Part shown: positions 60,401 through 64,000 of the stretch, one piece after another | Numbering within the stretch: position 1 is the stretch's first letter | How the letters are laid out: the number at the start of each line of letters is the position of its first letter | Source of the DNA: Carpediemonas membranifera BICM | Lineage: Eukaryota > Protista > Fornicata | DNA: 64,000 nucleotides | Assembly (NCBI GenBank): GCA_019828565.1 | Contig: JAHDYR010000032.1 | Location: 62,001-126,000, forward strand | Direction: 5' to 3' | Position numbers and translations under genes: made by a program | The notes under the pieces: model-generated | What the model saw: the letters and a program-made list of their open reading frames with translations, nothing else | Database searches by the model: none | What the model was told of the DNA's origin: nothing

Positions 60401-61813
60401 CTTCAGGTCTGCCGCGCCGTCGGCCGGGCCGAAGCAATCGGCATACTCCTCGCGGATCTGCTCGTCCATCGTGGCCAGCAACTCCTCATCGCCGTCGACG
60501 TCGGTCGTGGTGGCCTCCACGTTGATCAGGCCCAGCTCGGCAAGGGTCCTGAAGCAGATTGTGGGTTTGCAGCCAGCGATCACGTCCCAGTGGAGCGTGA
60601 CGTCGACGTCTTTCTTCAATGCGAGTCTGACCTTCTTCGATCCTCCCGTCAGCACTCTCGCCGTCGAGTTGTCGCCCAGCTTGACCCACCGGTCGGCCCA
60701 CTTCGTCCGGATGCCCCACTCTCTGGCCAACTCCGGCGGGATGAAATTGCTGCTAGCACAAGTATCGAGCCGCACCACATGCTCCTTCAGCCCGACACTC
60801 ATGCTGCACTCCCAAACCTTGCTTTCCACCCCCGAGGCAAAGACTAAACACTGATCGGGTTTACTGGCGTCCGGACAGTCCTTCGCGACGTGCCCCACCT
60901 TACCACACCGATAACAGCGACGGGTGCCTCCGGCTATCTTCGGCTCTGGGCAGTCCTTGGCCATGTGGCCCCCACCCCCGCAGTTATAGCAGTGCAACTT
61001 CTTCTGCCCCTGCTCTTGCTTCTGCACGTCTTTCTTCGATGTAGACGATGTGGGGGGCTCCAACAGCCCAAACTGCTTCATTGCCTCGCGCTTCTTCCTC
61101 TCCCACAGCATTACTGATTGCATGACTCCGGCTGAGTCAGTGCATGCGTCAACGACGCCCTGGAGTATTGCGTGTTGTCCTTCGTGCTTGCACGCCTCCA
61201 AGATCAGCCTCTTCGTTGCATCTATCGGGATGTCCTCTATCTTCTGGAACAACACCGCCGCTCTCGCTGAAATCCTGTTGAGCACTTCGCTTACGCTCTT
61301 CTCAGGTCCATTCGTCAAAAGCTTCGTCCGTGCGAACACTTCAGTGGGTAGGACGTGCTTTTCTATGCTCTTCTTCCAAAATGCGTCCTCCTTCTTCTGG
61401 TGTGCGCGTCGTGCCTTCTTGACGTCGTCTTGATGCTTCATGTACTGCTGAGTCGACACCGATCCGTTACCGTTCGTCGCACATGTCGGCTCCACGAACT
61501 CGTCGATCCTGGACTTCCCTGTCTCGCGTAAAACCTGTCTCTTCAACGCAGGCTTGACCAGGGAGTGAAAAGGCTTACGGTGCTTGCCGTCGTCTGCCTC
61601 CAGGCTGTACTCGTCGTAGATGTCTCGTACTCGCATATACTCTTCGATCGTGAGGTCCTTCATCGGTGGACCTATCGTTACGTCTTCTCCCATTGCGTCA
61701 AACCGTAGTAATTACTGAAGTCTGGAAACAACAAGTGTGAAGTGTTTAAGGGGTATACCTCCTACTGGTGATAATGGCTCTAACTGCGTCTACATAATCA
61801 TGTAAATACCACA
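57489..61813 (-). mobile_element. J: full-length chromovirus (gag-pol 61693->57615; stop at 59951, frameshift ~59050)
   Basis: Identical 98-bp LTRs at 57489-57586 and 61716-61813; 5-bp TSD TTCTG; PPT 57587-57599. Two CCHC knuckles, LDTCA, YVDD, TDASD, VADNG, VRCRWLGFEASEDTW. Confidence 0.95.
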
Positions 61814-62118
61814 TTCTGGCCCCGAGCATTTTTAGGCATTTCGCCATCGCTCATACAGAAAGTTCTGGTACGTTGGGCTGATCCGCCCCATTCTTACACA
61901 GTGCCCGAAAAAGGGGTTTTCAAGCCCCAATTCGGCTTCGTTAGCGAGTTCTGGCTCTTTTTGTTCTGCGCTGTACCGAAAGTTAACCAACATCATAAGC
62001 ACTGCTCCACGGACGGTAGAAGTCTCGTGAACTGTGTTTGAGATATAAATATTGTGAATAGTCCGTCATGGGGATCACTATGGGCACTTCCATTCGTCAT
62101 TTGGGAAAAGTGCAGGAT

Positions 62119-63170
62119 ATGTCGCTTTTTCCTGAGGAAAAGCGGCCAAACATGGCGGATACGCGTGCGCTCGACCAAATTCGTGAGCTTTCGATGGAGT
62201 TAACTGATGACGATTATCGCAAGGTGCTCGAAAATGCCCTTGCGACGATTGCTCGGACGCAACGCTATAAGGCCCGCACGATGAGCGCCCTGCAGAAGAA
62301 GGCCATCCGCAAGAGCGGCGGGAATGCCTCCCAGATGCCCATGATGCGGTTTGTGCGCCTCTATTCTTCTTACCTAGGATCTTCACCGTGCCGGCAACTT
62401 CCGCTCGGGAGCTCTGCCGTGTGCCGGTGGGGGGTGTGATGGAGGGGTGCTTCACGAAGCAGGCAGACCAGCTCGCCGATGTGGTTCGACGGTGCTTGGC
62501 TGGCTACGTTAACTTCGTTGAGGTGCCCCTCGAGGGGATCTTCGATCACCTCTCCACCGGCACGCTGTGGAGCAAGGACGCAGGCGGCTTGCTCGATCTG
62601 TCAGCCGGCCTGCTGGTCCAGCTCCAGCGAGAGCATCGTGCGCTCCGCTTCCTGCGGGAGGCGTCTCGCAGCCGTGCCGAAACCGACTCCGGCATAGTCC
62701 GCGACGCCGTTGACGCCGGCGTTTTCGATCTCAAGGGCAACGGCTCAAACAGGTACGTCACCCCGGAGACCCTGTTCTCGCTCTCCCGCGCTCTCGGCTG
62801 CGGCCAGAGCCTGGCCCGCCGCACCCTGTACCGGGTCGCCGTCTTGGCCCTCGCCCCAGACTACTACCGCTTGTTCCTCCACGGGGAGCGTAGCGAGAAC
62901 GTCTCAGTCACCGCCACTCACTGGGCCGCCCTGGTCGCTAACCTCCGCGCCATGGACGAGCTTCCGTCCCTGCCGGAGCGGCTCGGTCTGGCCATGCAGG
63001 TCTCTGACCCTGAGCGCGAGTACGAGGTCCTTGACGTGCTGGGTCACGAGATCCTGACGGCTGGATCCGACCGCCGACTCATTCTTCACGTTCAGTACGC
63101 GGGCACACTGCCCCTACCTGCACTGGTCTGGAGACCCTCGCTGCCGTCAGCGTGGCTCGCGAGTATCTGA
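62119..63170 (+). CDS. M antisense accessory protein (frameshift ~62375), homolog of 13920-15254
   Basis: EVPLEGIFDHLSTGTLWS ~ ELPLQGMLSRLRTGQVFS; QVSDPEREYEVLDVLGHE ~ QVSDPSLDYVIVECLRHI. Confidence 0.72.
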
Positions 63171-63254
63171 TCGACTTTGAGCTCGAGGACTGGATCAAGG
63201 GCCCTGACGACGAGTCCGATGACGACTACCAATAAATCTTGATTGAGAATCCGT

Positions 63255-64000
63255 TTACTGCCTGGAGTGCGCAGCACGGTGTAGTTCTCTCTGCTCAAGA
63301 AAGTCCTCAAACTTGTCACAGCCATCGACATTCTCGAATGGCTCCCACGAAGCTTCGTCCGGCTCATAGCCCAGCCACTCAACCAAGTATTCGCGATTCT
63401 CGACCGGACCGGAGTCGGGCCGGGACTTCACAATCTTGCTCGGTATATACTCGGCCGCAACAGTGTTAGCCAAGCGAGTAACTTGCTCCACGGACATGTC
63501 GCCGTGATCGAACGGGAGGACCCGGGAAGCGTCGACCCTGAACTGCTTCAGAGATTCAAGGTCACGCACAGTATAGGCAACAACCTTGTTGTACTCCTGG
63601 TGCACCGACACTAGTGCCATTGGGCCACGCAGGCCGGCGGCGAATTTGTCGGGTGGTCGATCGGGGTAAGCCACCAGGACGTATGGAGTCGAAACCGTGG
63701 CACGGGCGTCCGGCCTGTACTGCTGTAGGAGCCGCTTGCTCTTAATGCGCTCGGCAGCCATGAGCCGGTACGCCTTGGCCTCGGACAGCCAGTCCTCTTG
63801 CTGGTCAACGATATACGTCTCACCCGGCGCGATAACGGTAATGTCCTTTGGCACTCGCATCTCGGTGCCATACAGGATCTCGGCTGGGGAGAGTCGAGGA
63901 GGGACTCGAGGGGTCGAGTTAACAAGGTATTGGGCAATCGGTAAGCTGTGGACCCAATCATTGGATCTAAACTGGTAACGACGTGCTGTCAAGATGGACT
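63255..64000 (-). mobile_element. M: integrase C-terminus + chromodomain of an A-related chromovirus (continues beyond window)
   Basis: QYLVNSTPR...AEILYGTEMRVP, AAGLRGPM (GPY/F), YLVEWLGYEPDEASWEPFENV. Confidence 0.9.

Larger units (their letters stand above)
48400..61854 (-). mobile_element. DIRS-like tyrosine-recombinase retrotransposon split by L and J
   Basis: ORF1 61854->61819 + 57488->56622 rejoins in frame; RT 56974->55469 rejoins in frame to 50563->~48400. Terminal repeats not found. Confidence 0.85.

Noticed and set aside
59174-60847. 557-aa + strand ORF (also 4088-5164, 6803-7783, 48921-50192)
   Set aside because: Antisense shadows of GC3-rich real coding frames; no motifs of their own.
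61860-62040. Terminal repeat of the DIRS-like element
   Set aside because: No direct or inverted copy found elsewhere in the window; the element's 3' end appears deleted at ~48400.

Overview
Eukaryotic, gene-dense, GC-rich protist-like sequence. A flagellated protist is suggested by ZMYND10 and ~32-nt introns, but the taxon cannot be determined. Bases 1-8.8 kb hold compact host genes: Rpn8/PSMD7, a RAD18-like RING protein, a hypothetical gene, ZMYND10, RPL18A and a Vps39/TGFBRAP1-like gene. From ~8.8 kb to the end the window is one heavily nested transposon island. It contains at least 11 Ty3/gypsy-type LTR retrotransposon copies (labelled A-M here; a chromodomain is present wherever the integrase end survives) with very short LTRs of ~53-134 bp, plus solo LTRs. 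It also holds three Tc1/IS630-like DDE transposons (T1-T3), a DIRS-like tyrosine-recombinase retroelement, a CRE-like non-LTR fragment and a short retroposed insert. Main observation: all ten 5' LTRs that can be identified lack a tRNA primer-binding site. Each is instead followed by a perfect 10-16 bp palindrome of family-specific sequence that overlaps the LTR's terminal A, which suggests a tRNA-independent priming or dimerisation mechanism. Other notable items: a conserved antisense accessory gene with a second chromo-like domain in two chromoviruses, a convergent zinc-knuckle partner gene in all three Tc1-like elements, antisense tRNA 3'-half/B-box cassettes in retroelement 3' regions, and an RT-RH-MT-YR single-ORF fusion in the DIRS-like element.
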